DNA of 64,000 nt from NCBI GenBank assembly GCA_965217865.1, contig CBDCJO010000002.1:2688001-2752000 (forward strand). Reading direction: 5' to 3'. The position numbers were made by a program, and so were the translations under genes. Origin of the DNA: Candidatus Latescibacterota bacterium (GTDB lineage Bacteria > Latescibacterota > UBA2968 > SICM01). Numbering within the stretch: position 1 is the stretch's first letter; each line of letters starts with the position of its first letter. The notes below the pieces were generated by a model. That model made no database searches. It saw only the letters and a program-made list of their open reading frames with translations, and had not been told where the DNA came from. Positions 10,405-19,686 of the stretch are shown here, one piece after another.

Positions 10405-11172
10405 ATGCTGGAAATCAGAAATCTGCACGCGAGTGTCGAAGGCACTGAAATTTTGAGAGGTATCGACCTCAAGGTAAATCCTGGAGAAATACACGCCATC
10501 ATGGGACCCAACGGCTCGGGCAAGAGCACCCTCGCCCAGATCATGGCCGGCCACGAAGATTATGAAGTCACGGCGGGAGAGGTAACCTACGAGGGGAAAG
10601 ACCTTCTGGAACTCGACCCGGATGAACGTGCCCGTGAGGGCATCTTTATGGCCTTTCAGTACCCGGTTGAAATCCCCGGGGTCAACACCGCCTATTTCCT
10701 CAGGACCGGGCTCAACGAAATCCGCAAGCACCGTGGGGAGGAGGAAATGGATGCCATGGATTTCCTGAGCTTGATCAGGGAAAAGCTGAAACTTGTGGAA
10801 ATGGAAGAGAGCTTCCTGAAACGATCGGTCAACGAAGGGTTCTCGGGGGGCGAGAAAAAGCGTCACGAAATCCTTCAGCTTGCGGTCCTGGAGCCCAGGC
10901 TGGCGATCCTGGACGAGACCGACTCGGGTCTCGATATCGATGCGTTAAAGATCGTGGCCAATGGCGTCAACAAACTCCACAGCCCCGACAAGAGCGTGAT
11001 CGTCGTGACCCACTACCAGCGTCTGCTCAACTACATCGTCCCCGACTTCGTGCACGTGATGGTGAAAGGACGTTTCCTCAAATCAGGGGGCAAAGAACTC
11101 GCGATTGAACTCGATGAAAAGGGCTACGACTGGGTGAAGCAAGATGCGGAAAGTGAAATCGTGAATGCATAG
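10405..11172 (+). CDS. sufC: Fe-S assembly ATPase SufC
   Basis: GPNGSGKST, AFQYPVEIPGV, VNEGFSGGEKKR, LDETDSGLDIDAL, THYQRLL. Confidence 0.98.
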   Translation: MLEIRNLHASVEGTEILRGIDLKVNPGEIHAIMGPNGSGKSTLAQIMAGHEDYEVTAGEVTYEGKDLLELDPDERAREGIFMAFQYPVEIPGVNTAYFLRTGLNEIRKHRGEEEMDAMDFLSLIREKLKLVEMEESFLKRSVNEGFSGGEKKRHEILQLAVLEPRLAILDETDSGLDIDALKIVANGVNKLHSPDKSVIVVTHYQRLLNYIVPDFVHVMVKGRFLKSGGKELAIELDEKGYDWVKQDAESEIVNA

Positions 11173-11180
11173 GAGCGTTA

Positions 11181-12539
11181 GTGGCGATGACCAGAACCAC
11201 GGCAAAAGACAACCGCGAATGGTACCTGGCGAGTTTCAAGGGGTTTGAGAAAAGCCTCAACGGTGGGTTGAAATCTCCCCTCCACAGGATTCGTCGGGAC
11301 GCGATCCAGCACTTCGAAGAGCGTGGGTTTCCCACCCACCGGGACGAGGATTGGAGGCACACGAGTGTGTCCTCGCTCGTCGCGCTCGAGTTCACCCCCA
11401 TACTGGGTTACGATCCCGTCGGCATGACCCGTGACGATATCACACCGTTCGCTTTTGCGGGTCTTGACTGCGTCCAGCTCGTATTCGTCAACGGCCACTA
11501 TGCCCCGGAGCTTTCCGCAACGGATAAGCTTCCGGATGAAATAAAGGCCATGAGCCTATCCGCAGGCCTCGAGGAAGTGCCGGTTCTTGTGGAAACTCAC
11601 CTGAGCCGCCACACCCCTTATGAAGCCGGGGCCTTTGCTGCCCTCAACACCGCTTTTCTGAAAGACGGGGCCTTCCTCCACCTTCCACAAAATGCTGTGT
11701 TCGAAATTCCCATCCACCTGCTCTTCATCTCAACAGGGAGTGAGAATCCTACAATCTCACACCCCCGGAACCTGATCGTCGTGGAAGCGAACGCTCAGGC
11801 CTCTGTGATCGAAAGCTACGTCAGCCTGAAGGACCGCGTCCACCTGACCAACGCGGTCACCGAAATCGTGTTGGGCGAGAACTCGGTTCTTGATCATATC
11901 AAGATCCAACGGGAGAGTGGCAATGCCTTCCATGTCGGGACGACGCACGTGAGGGAAAACCGGGGCTGCAACTTTACTTCGCACAACATCACCTTGGGCG
12001 CCCGTCTGGCCCGCAACGACATCACAACCGTCCTGGATGGAGAAGGTGTGGAATCCACCCTTAACGGTCTTTACCTGGGAAGAGGCCAACAGCACATCGA
12101 CAACCATACCCTGATCGAGCACGCGCAACCCAATTGTAGCAGCCACGAGCTATACAAGGGAATCCTCAACGACCGGGCCAAGGGTGTCTTCCGCGGCAAG
12201 ATCCTCGTTCATCAGGCTGCCCAGAAGACGGATGCATATCAGTCAAACCAAAATCTGCTCCTTTCCGAGGAAGCCGAAGCCACATCCAAACCCCAACTGG
12301 AAATCTACGCCGACGACGTAAAGTGCAGCCACGGGTCCACGACCGGACAGTTGGATGCCGATGCCATATTCTACCTCCGTTCCCGTGGTATCGACAAGGA
12401 AAATGCCATCCGTTTGTTGACTCGATCATTTGCCGGTGAGGTCCTCGAGCGAATTAAAATCGAGCCGGTTCGGACGCAGCTCGACCGGTTTGTGTTTGAA
12501 AAACTCGAAGAAGGCCGAACGGACACGGAATCCCAATGA
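11181..12539 (+). CDS. sufD: Fe-S assembly protein SufD
   Basis: [42 protein letters not shown]. Confidence 0.96.
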   Translation: MAMTRTTAKDNREWYLASFKGFEKSLNGGLKSPLHRIRRDAIQHFEERGFPTHRDEDWRHTSVSSLVALEFTPILGYDPVGMTRDDITPFAFAGLDCVQLVFVNGHYAPELSATDKLPDEIKAMSLSAGLEEVPVLVETHLSRHTPYEAGAFAALNTAFLKDGAFLHLPQNAVFEIPIHLLFISTGSENPTISHPRNLIVVEANAQASVIESYVSLKDRVHLTNAVTEIVLGENSVLDHIKIQRESGNAFHVGTTHVRENRGCNFTSHNITLGARLARNDITTVLDGEGVESTLNGLYLGRGQQHIDNHTLIEHAQPNCSSHELYKGILNDRAKGVFRGKILVHQAAQKTDAYQSNQNLLLSEEAEATSKPQLEIYADDVKCSHGSTTGQLDADAIFYLRSRGIDKENAIRLLTRSFAGEVLERIKIEPVRTQLDRFVFEKLEEGRTDTESQ

Positions 12540-13816
12540 GCAGAGCTTACCACGCATACGCGATAGAAAAACCGGGTTGGGCCGAGGCTTCGGATACCCC
12601 GTTTGACGTGCAGAAGGTGCGGGAAGATTTTCCGATCCTGAGACGGTTGGTATATGGCAAACCCCTGGTCTACCTCGACAATGCCGCGACGACCCAGAAA
12701 CCTCAGCCCGTTATCGACGCGATCGAACACTATTATTCAGATCAAAACGCCAACATCCATCGGGGGGTCCACTTCCTGAGCCAGAGAGCCACCTGCTCCT
12801 ATGAAGGGGCACGCTCAAAAGCAAGGGGCTTTCTGAACGCGGCGGAAGACAAGGAAATCGTGTTTGTTCGCGGAACAACGGAGGCCATCAACCTCGTCGC
12901 GCAGACCCACGTCCGGAAACACATCCGGAAGGGTGATGAAATCATTATCTCCGGGATGGAGCACCACTCCAACATCGTCCCCTGGCAGATGCTCTGTGAA
13001 GAATCGGGAGCGATCCTACGGGTCATCCCAATTAGTGATGATGGGGAACTGCTCCTTCACGAATACGAGAAACTTCTGAACAAAAAGACAAAATTTATTT
13101 CGGTCGTCCACCTGTCCAACGCCCTTGGCACTATCAACCCCATCAAAGAGATCGTCCAAAAGGCGCACCTCCAGGGTGTTCCCGTTCTGGTCGACGGGGC
13201 CCAAGCCGCGCCTCACTTAAAAGTGGACGTCCGGGATCTTGACTGCGACTTTTACACCTTCTCAGGGCACAAGGTATATGGTCCGACGGGAATCGGCGTG
13301 CTTTACGGCAAGAGGGAGCTTCTTGAGGAAATGCCCCCATATCAGGGAGGGGGAGAGATGATCCTTTCCGTCACCTTTGAAAAAACGATTTATAAAGATA
13401 TCCCCGAGAGGTTTGAAGCCGGAACACCGCATATCGAAGGCGGTATCGGACTCGGATCGGCAATCGACTATGTGAATGAAGTGGGGATGGAAACTGCAGC
13501 CGCCTACGAGCATGAGCTGTTGGCGTATGCCACGGACGAGCTCTCTCAAGTCCGGGGCCTTAGGATTATCGGGACCGCCCGGGAGAAAGCCAGCGTTCTT
13601 TCCTTTGTCCTCGACGACATCCATCCCCACGATATCGGAACAATCCTTGACCGCGAGGGCGTCGCGGTTCGCGCGGGTCACCATTGCGCCCAACCGGTGA
13701 TGCTTCGTTTCGGTGTCCCGGCGACCGTGCGGGCGTCTCTGGCCTTCTACAACACCAGGGAAGATGTAGATGCGCTGGTGCGAGGGCTCCACAAAGCCAT
13801 CGAGGTATTCGGTTAA
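12536..13816 (+). CDS. sufS: Cysteine desulfurase SufS
   Basis: [27 protein letters not shown] (PLP lysine), RAGHHCAQP (catalytic Cys). Confidence 0.97.
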   Translation: MSRAYHAYAIEKPGWAEASDTPFDVQKVREDFPILRRLVYGKPLVYLDNAATTQKPQPVIDAIEHYYSDQNANIHRGVHFLSQRATCSYEGARSKARGFLNAAEDKEIVFVRGTTEAINLVAQTHVRKHIRKGDEIIISGMEHHSNIVPWQMLCEESGAILRVIPISDDGELLLHEYEKLLNKKTKFISVVHLSNALGTINPIKEIVQKAHLQGVPVLVDGAQAAPHLKVDVRDLDCDFYTFSGHKVYGPTGIGVLYGKRELLEEMPPYQGGGEMILSVTFEKTIYKDIPERFEAGTPHIEGGIGLGSAIDYVNEVGMETAAAYEHELLAYATDELSQVRGLRIIGTAREKASVLSFVLDDIHPHDIGTILDREGVAVRAGHHCAQPVMLRFGVPATVRASLAFYNTREDVDALVRGLHKAIEVFG

Positions 13817-14268
13817 TGTCCGAACTCCGCGAACTCTATCAGCAAGTCATCCTCGATCACAACAAGAGCCCCCGAAACTTCCAAAAGTTAGAGGACGCAA
13901 ATCGGACATCGGAGGGTTTTAATCCGCTTTGCGGAGATCACATCCATCTCTATCTAAAATTAGAAGAGGATGTGATCCAAGATATCGGGTTTCAGGGTTC
14001 GGGCTGTGCCATATCAAAGGCCTCGGCCTCCCTTATGAGTTCGGCCTTAAAAGGAAAGACGCTGGAGGAGGCCGAAACCCTGTTCCGCAGATTTCAGACC
14101 ATGGTCACCGGAAGCCCCGAAGCGGAACCGGACTCAGACGGCCTGGGAAAGCTTGCCGTTTTTTCCGGCGTACGGGAATTCCCGGTGCGGATCAAATGCG
14201 CAACCCTGTCCTGGCATACCCTGCGCGCCGCGTTGAAGAGGAAAGATCAACCTGTGTCCACCGAGTGA
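13816..14268 (+). CDS. sufU: SufU (NifU-like) sulfur-transfer protein
   Basis: LYQQVILDH, NPLCGD, GCAISKAS, RIKCATL; TAATG overlap with sufS. Confidence 0.93.
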   Translation: MSELRELYQQVILDHNKSPRNFQKLEDANRTSEGFNPLCGDHIHLYLKLEEDVIQDIGFQGSGCAISKASASLMSSALKGKTLEEAETLFRRFQTMVTGSPEAEPDSDGLGKLAVFSGVREFPVRIKCATLSWHTLRAALKRKDQPVSTE

Positions 14269-14302
14269 CCAGGCAGGTCCCGAGCAACAGGAGGAAATTC
14301 AA

Positions 14303-14899
14303 ATGGGCGGAATTCTAGATCTCTTCCGAAACAAAAAGGACCCGAAAAAAAACCAGGAAAATAGGCCGTCTCCGGAACCTGCTCCCGTATCCTCGACCGG
14401 TGAATCATCCCCCCACACGACTCCGCCGCCGGGGCCTTCTACCGGTTCGACCCCTCCGGAACCTCAAACCGGTCAAGGAGGTCCCCCGGAGAGTAAAGCT
14501 CCCGTTGGATCGGTTGAATCTCAGGAGGCTGCCGAAGGGCCTTCCCCTGTCGAGACATCGTCCGATGAGCCACCCGATTCTTCCGCTCCAGGAACAAAGG
14601 ATATCGAGGAAAAGGCCGTCGAAGTCCTGCGCAACACCTTCGATCCGGAAATACCCGTCAATATATACGAACTGGGGTTGATCTACGAGGTCAAAGTGGA
14701 CGGATCCAACGCAGTCTACATCAAGATGACCCTCACCTCTCCGGCCTGCCCGGTTGCGGGAACCCTTCCTCCGGAAGTGGAAAACAAGGTGAAAGCTATC
14801 CCGGGGGTCACCGGGGCCAAGATCGACCTTGTCTGGGACCCCCCCTGGGACCCGAGCATGATGACGGAGGCCGCTAAGTTACAGCTCGGCATGATGTAG
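14303..14899 (+). CDS. sufT: SufT/DUF59 Fe-S maturation factor with a long Pro/Ser-rich N-terminus
   Basis: DPEIPVNIYELGLIY, MTLTSPACPVA, VWDPPW. Confidence 0.88.
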   Translation: MGGILDLFRNKKDPKKNQENRPSPEPAPVSSTGESSPHTTPPPGPSTGSTPPEPQTGQGGPPESKAPVGSVESQEAAEGPSPVETSSDEPPDSSAPGTKDIEEKAVEVLRNTFDPEIPVNIYELGLIYEVKVDGSNAVYIKMTLTSPACPVAGTLPPEVENKVKAIPGVTGAKIDLVWDPPWDPSMMTEAAKLQLGMM

Positions 14900-14993
14900 T
14901 GGATAAATCGTAGAACAGGGAAAAGGGGAATTTGACGATGGCCTCTCCAAAGGGCATTATCCCCAACTGGAGGATTGTCCGGCCGATCCGATC

Positions 14994-15021
14994 TTGACTA
15001 AATCCTCGAATTCATTATATT
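14994..15021 (+). promoter_or_regulatory. Putative sigma70 promoter for nuoB-cysE-nuoB-nuoI
   Basis: TTGACT at 14994-14999, 16 bp, then TATATT at 15016-15021. Confidence 0.45.
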
Positions 15022-15086
15022 CTGAATCCTGTAAACCTTGAGATTAGAAAAACAGTCAACCCCCCAAGACAATCCGTGAGGTTATT

Positions 15087-15581
15087 ATGCTCAATCAGAT
15101 GGGCGGTGAAGGTTTCATCATGTCCAGGGTGGATGATCTGATCAACTGGGGGAGAAAGAACTCCCTCTGGCCGATGCCTTTCGGGACTGCGTGCTGTGCG
15201 ATTGAGATGATGGCCACGCTTTCGGGTCGTTTCGACATGGCCAGGTTCGGGGCTGAAGCCATACGGTTTTCACCCCGGCAGTCCGACCTGATGCTCGTAT
15301 CCGGTCGAATCTCGATCAAGATGATGCCGGTCCTCAAAAAGATCTACGATCAGATGCCCGATCCGAAATGGGTCATATCCATGGGCGCTTGCGCCTCCTC
15401 TGGGGGGGTATTCAATACCTACACCCTGGTTCAGGGGGTTGATCAATTTCTTCCGGTGGATGTTTACATCCCGGGTTGCCCTCCGAGGCCCGAAGATCTG
15501 ATCGACGCCTTGATCAAGATCCAGAAGAAGATCGAAAAAGAACGCCCCACAAGGGAGCACACGGCTGTATCGATCGCTTAA
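15087..15581 (+). CDS. nuoB: NADH-quinone oxidoreductase subunit B (paralog 1)
   Basis: [51 protein letters not shown]. Confidence 0.93.
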   Translation: MLNQMGGEGFIMSRVDDLINWGRKNSLWPMPFGTACCAIEMMATLSGRFDMARFGAEAIRFSPRQSDLMLVSGRISIKMMPVLKKIYDQMPDPKWVISMGACASSGGVFNTYTLVQGVDQFLPVDVYIPGCPPRPEDLIDALIKIQKKIEKERPTREHTAVSIA

Positions 15582-15587
15582 GATTTT

Positions 15588-16553
15588 ATGCATACCTCAA
15601 TCAATCAACTCTCAAATATCTCGGCCGAGATTGTTCGGACCTATGGCGTTCACCGGGATATCAATCGGATAGAGGGTGAAAACCTCCCGTTCGGGGAACG
15701 CGTCATCGCAACCCTTCAGGACCTGCTGACGCTGTTGTTCCCTGGCTACATCGGCCGGGATGTTCCCGATGAGTACGACATCTCGTTCTTCGTAAACGGG
15801 CTCGTCAACTCCGCCTACCTGAGTTTCAGGGAGGAGATTTCAAGGAGCTTGAGCTATCAGTGTAAGTTGGAAAAGGAATTTCGAATCAAAAACTGCAATG
15901 AAAAAGGAGAGGAGTATTCCCTTTCTCTCTTGAAGAAGATCCCGGAGCTTCGCGAAATTCTGCATATGGACGTACAGGCCGCCTATGACGGTGACCCGGC
16001 CGCGAGAAGTCTCGACGAAATCATCCTCAGCTATCCCGGAATCCTGGCCGTGGCCACCTACCGTCTCGGTCATGAACTCTATCTTATGGATGTTCCTTTC
16101 ATCCCGAGGATCATGACGGAATGGGCACACAGCAAAACGGGGATCGACATCCATCCCGGTGCCACAATCGGCCGTCGGTTTTTCATCGACCACGGGACCG
16201 GGGTTGTGATCGGAGAAACCACGGAGATCGGGAACGACGTCAAGCTCTACGGGGGGGTGACCCTTGGAGCCCGAAGTTTCCCGAAGAATCCGGATGGGAG
16301 CGTCGTCAAAGGCGGAAAAAGGCACCCGACAATTGAAGATGGGGTGACGATTTACACGAATGCCACCATCCTGGGAGGAGATACGGTAATCGGAAGAGGC
16401 GCCGTCATTGGAGGGAACGTCTGGTTGACCTGGTCCGTCCCACCGGGCACGCAGGTTACCACGCGGGTGAAACAGGAATTTAAGGAATCCGGATCCGAGG
16501 ATCCGTCATTTGATTCGGAACTGGTCGCCATGGCCGACGTATCTTCAACGTAG
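15588..16553 (+). CDS. cysE: Serine O-acetyltransferase (long EpsC-type)
   Basis: AAYDGDPAA, SYPG, TGIDIHPGATIG, FIDHGTGVVIGET, KRHPTIED. Confidence 0.93.
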   Translation: MHTSINQLSNISAEIVRTYGVHRDINRIEGENLPFGERVIATLQDLLTLLFPGYIGRDVPDEYDISFFVNGLVNSAYLSFREEISRSLSYQCKLEKEFRIKNCNEKGEEYSLSLLKKIPELREILHMDVQAAYDGDPAARSLDEIILSYPGILAVATYRLGHELYLMDVPFIPRIMTEWAHSKTGIDIHPGATIGRRFFIDHGTGVVIGETTEIGNDVKLYGGVTLGARSFPKNPDGSVVKGGKRHPTIEDGVTIYTNATILGGDTVIGRGAVIGGNVWLTWSVPPGTQVTTRVKQEFKESGSEDPSFDSELVAMADVSST

Positions 16554-16562
16554 GAGGTCCGA

Positions 16563-17048
16563 ATGGGCCTGGTCGAAGGGCGGTTCAAGGATAACATCAT
16601 CGTCACATCGGCGGACTATTTCATCAACTGGGCCCGGCTCTCCTCAATATGGCCGATGGGTTTTGGGCTGGCCTGTTGTGCCATTGAAATGATGGCCACC
16701 GGGGCTTCTCGATACGACCTGGATAGGCTGGGCGTCATCTTTCGGCCATCGCCACGTCAATCGGATCTGATGATCGTGGCCGGCACAGTCACCCTGAAGA
16801 TGGCCACAAGACTCAAGCGGCTGTATGAACAGATGCCCGAGCCAAAATATGTCATCGCTATGGGCTGCTGTGCGACATCGGGCGGGCCCTATTGGCAGCA
16901 CGGATATCACGTCCTCAAGGGCGTGGACCGGGTTGTCCCCGTAGATGTCTACGTGCCCGGATGCCCGCCCCGGCCTGAATCCCTGATGGAAGGGATCATC
17001 AAGCTCCAGGAAAAGATCCGAAACAAGACCATCGCGAAAAGGGCATAA
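16563..17048 (+). CDS. nuoB: NADH-quinone oxidoreductase subunit B (paralog 2)
   Basis: [46 protein letters not shown]; AGGAGG RBS. Confidence 0.93.
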   Translation: MGLVEGRFKDNIIVTSADYFINWARLSSIWPMGFGLACCAIEMMATGASRYDLDRLGVIFRPSPRQSDLMIVAGTVTLKMATRLKRLYEQMPEPKYVIAMGCCATSGGPYWQHGYHVLKGVDRVVPVDVYVPGCPPRPESLMEGIIKLQEKIRNKTIAKRA

Positions 17049-17111
17049 CTCAGGAATCGGGGAATGGGGGGTCCAACCCCTGACTCCCGACCCCTTCTAC
17101 CGAGGTTTCCC

Positions 17112-17636
17112 ATGGTTGGCTATTTCCGGAATATCTGGCTCGGCATATGGACGGTCCTGGTTGGCATGAAGGTCACACTACGCCACCTGTTCGTACCCTC
17201 TATCACACTCCAATATCCAGACGTGAAGTGGGAAATGCCCGAGCGCTCACGTAACCGGCTATTCAACGACATCGACGATTGCATCGGGTGTGATCAGTGT
17301 GCAAGAGTCTGCCCGGTGGACTGTATCTACATCGAGACGGAAAAGGCCGGCCCCGAGGAGGACCTTGGGAAGACCTCAACGGGTCATAAAAAACGGCTGA
17401 AGGTCCTGAAATTCGATATCGACATGTCATTGTGCTGCTACTGCAACTTATGCACATATCCCTGCCCGACGGAATGCCTCGTCATGACCCCGTCCTACGA
17501 ATTTTCGGTATACGACAGGAAGGATTTTGTATTCCACTATTCGCGTCCTGAGGATTCCGGAGGCGTTCCCGAAGAGGGGACCCTGGTACCGGCAGGCGAG
17601 ACCCACTGGAGCCCGCAACCGGAAGTCCCCGACTGA
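17112..17636 (+). CDS. nuoI: NADH-quinone oxidoreductase subunit I (2x[4Fe-4S])
   Basis: GMKVTLRHLF...TLQYP, CIGCDQCARVCP, FDIDMSLCCYCNLCTYPCP. Confidence 0.88.
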   Translation: MVGYFRNIWLGIWTVLVGMKVTLRHLFVPSITLQYPDVKWEMPERSRNRLFNDIDDCIGCDQCARVCPVDCIYIETEKAGPEEDLGKTSTGHKKRLKVLKFDIDMSLCCYCNLCTYPCPTECLVMTPSYEFSVYDRKDFVFHYSRPEDSGGVPEEGTLVPAGETHWSPQPEVPD

Positions 17637-17671
17637 ACATGAGATGGTCATAAGCCGTTCATAGAGCGAAA

Positions 17672-17706
17672 AAAGCCCTGATGCTATCTTTGAGCATCAG
17701 GGCTTT
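17672..17706. terminator. Bidirectional intrinsic terminator
   Basis: 14-bp stem AAAGCCCTGATGCT/AGCATCAGGGCTTT with A/T flanks, between convergent genes. Confidence 0.85.
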
Positions 17707-17813
17707 CTGTTTATAGAGGATAGTATTGGCGGACCGACAAACCTCAACTCAAGCTGAAAAACTTTTCCCATCCGTTTCTGCAGGAACCGTTCCTACCCCA
17801 CCGTGAGGGCTCG

Positions 17814-18779
17814 TTATGTGAGGCGGTATAAATCCTTTTCCAGGATTTTCATGTCCTCCGGTGGATCGGATTCAAAAACAAGGTTTTCCCCCGTGTCCGG
17901 GTGGACAAATCCGAGAAGACCCGCGTGGAGGGCCTGCCTGGGCATCAAGCCGAGAAGCCGTCGGGCGTCCCTCCGAAATTCCGAAGCGATCCCGGACAAC
18001 CGTTTCTCCCTCCCACCATAAATCGGGTCACCAAACACGGGATGTCCGATGTGGGATAGGTGGACTCGTATCTGATGAGTACGACCTGTCTCAAGATGAA
18101 TCGAAAGGTGGGAAAGGAAGTCGAACCTCGCCTCTAATTTATACCGCGTCGCTGCATCTCTGGAATGCGAGGGGGTCACGGCCATTCGCTTCCGGTCTCC
18201 CCGGCTGCGGCCGATCGGCGCCTCGATCCTGCCGGCCCCCTCTCCCAAATGTCCCCAAACAAACGCCAAATAAAGACGTTCGAACTCCCTGGCCTGGAGC
18301 TGGTCGGAAAGCCCTCTGTGGGCTCGATCGTTTTTTGCGACGACCAGCAACCCGGAGGTGTCCTTATCCAGCCGGTGGACGATCCCGGGACGCAGGACGC
18401 CGTTAATCCCCGAAAGGCTGTCGCAGTGGTATAAAAGGGCGTTTACAAGCGTTCCCGATCGTATTCCCGTCCCTGGATGCACGACCATACCCGGAGGTTT
18501 GTTGACGACCATCAGATGCGGGTCTTCAAAAAGGACTTCGAGGGGAATAGCCTCGGGAACCAGTTCATACGGCTCCGGGTCCGGAACCTGAATCTCGACC
18601 CGATCCCCCGGCCGCATCTTGAAGCTCGAACGGGTCGGTTGATCGTTCACCCAAACGCGACCTTCTTCGATCAGGTGCTGGATGTGGGAACGGGAGAGGG
18701 AGAGATCTGATTGTGCGAGGAAAAGGTCGAGACGAACGGGAGGAGCACTGGATGGAAAGAGGATATCGATCCGTTGCAT
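17814..18779 (-). CDS. rluD: RluA-family pseudouridine synthase RluD
   Basis: S4 domain, VNKPPGMVVHP, GIVHRLDKDTSG, TGRTHQIRVH, QALHA. Confidence 0.93.
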   Translation of the reverse strand: MQRIDILFPSSAPPVRLDLFLAQSDLSLSRSHIQHLIEEGRVWVNDQPTRSSFKMRPGDRVEIQVPDPEPYELVPEAIPLEVLFEDPHLMVVNKPPGMVVHPGTGIRSGTLVNALLYHCDSLSGINGVLRPGIVHRLDKDTSGLLVVAKNDRAHRGLSDQLQAREFERLYLAFVWGHLGEGAGRIEAPIGRSRGDRKRMAVTPSHSRDAATRYKLEARFDFLSHLSIHLETGRTHQIRVHLSHIGHPVFGDPIYGGREKRLSGIASEFRRDARRLLGLMPRQALHAGLLGFVHPDTGENLVFESDPPEDMKILEKDLYRLT

Positions 18780-19309
18780 TATTGCCTCTGATCGGGGTCC
18801 GGGTTTCGGGTTGCTGTACCCCAAACCTTGAGACCGAGGCCCTTGATGATTTGTGAAAACGGTGTCGGAAAGAAGTATTCCGTAATCAGGAGAAAGACGC
18901 CCACGGTGACGAAGGAATCAGCGATATTGAACACATACCACCTATAGGCCCCGAATCCCACATCCAGAAAATCGATGACTTCTCCCAGGCGGAGCCTGTC
19001 GATCATATTCCCGAGTGCCCCCCCCAATACCATGGAGAGTCCGATTTGTGCCAGGCGTTCCTCTACTTTTGTCTTCTTGAGCAGTGTTGCAACAAGAACC
19101 AGGGCGAGAAGCGACAGGATAAAATGAAAAGAAGCACCGCCGAATTTCAACCCGAAAACGGCACCGGGATTGAGGATATACGTAAGCCGGATCACGTCAC
19201 CGACGATCCGGAGCGACTCTCCAGGCTCCATCCCTCTGGTGACTGCAACCTTGGATAACTGATCCATGGAAAGGGCGAGAAGGACGATGGACAGGCGCAA
19301 ACTCTTCAT
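18779..19309 (-). CDS. lspA: Lipoprotein signal peptidase II
   Basis: DQLSK, NPGAVFG, GALGNMIDR, VIDF, FNIADS. Confidence 0.95.
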   Translation of the reverse strand: MKSLRLSIVLLALSMDQLSKVAVTRGMEPGESLRIVGDVIRLTYILNPGAVFGLKFGGASFHFILSLLALVLVATLLKKTKVEERLAQIGLSMVLGGALGNMIDRLRLGEVIDFLDVGFGAYRWYVFNIADSFVTVGVFLLITEYFFPTPFSQIIKGLGLKVWGTATRNPDPDQRQ

Positions 19310-19677
19310 TGCTTTTCGCCCTCTTTGGATTTACAGGTCACGCACATGGTAGCAGTTGGAACGGCCTCCAGGCGCTCCTTCGATATCTTCCCCTTGCATA
19401 CCCTGCAAATCCCAAACGTACCCTCTTCGATTCGCTCCATCGCACTTTCCAAATGGGTCAGGTAAGCCTCATCACGCGTGGCAAACATAAAGGCCTTCTC
19501 CCGCTCCATCGAATCCGACCCCAGATCGGGCATGTGATCGGAATATGAAGAACCACCCGATGATTCAGTTGGGTTGGGGTTCGTCGACCGTTCTTCCAGC
19601 TCCCCTAGGTCCTTCAGAAGTTCCTCTCGCTTCGAGCAAATGAGCGCTCTGAAGTGTTCCAACTCCTGCTCCGTCAT
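19306..19677 (-). CDS. TraR/DksA C4-type zinc-finger protein
   Basis: HMPDLGSD coiled-coil tip; GTFGICRVC...ERLEAVP...CVTC. Confidence 0.88.
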   Translation of the reverse strand: MTEQELEHFRALICSKREELLKDLGELEERSTNPNPTESSGGSSYSDHMPDLGSDSMEREKAFMFATRDEAYLTHLESAMERIEEGTFGICRVCKGKISKERLEAVPTATMCVTCKSKEGEKQ

Positions 19678-19686
19678 TCAGATCTC

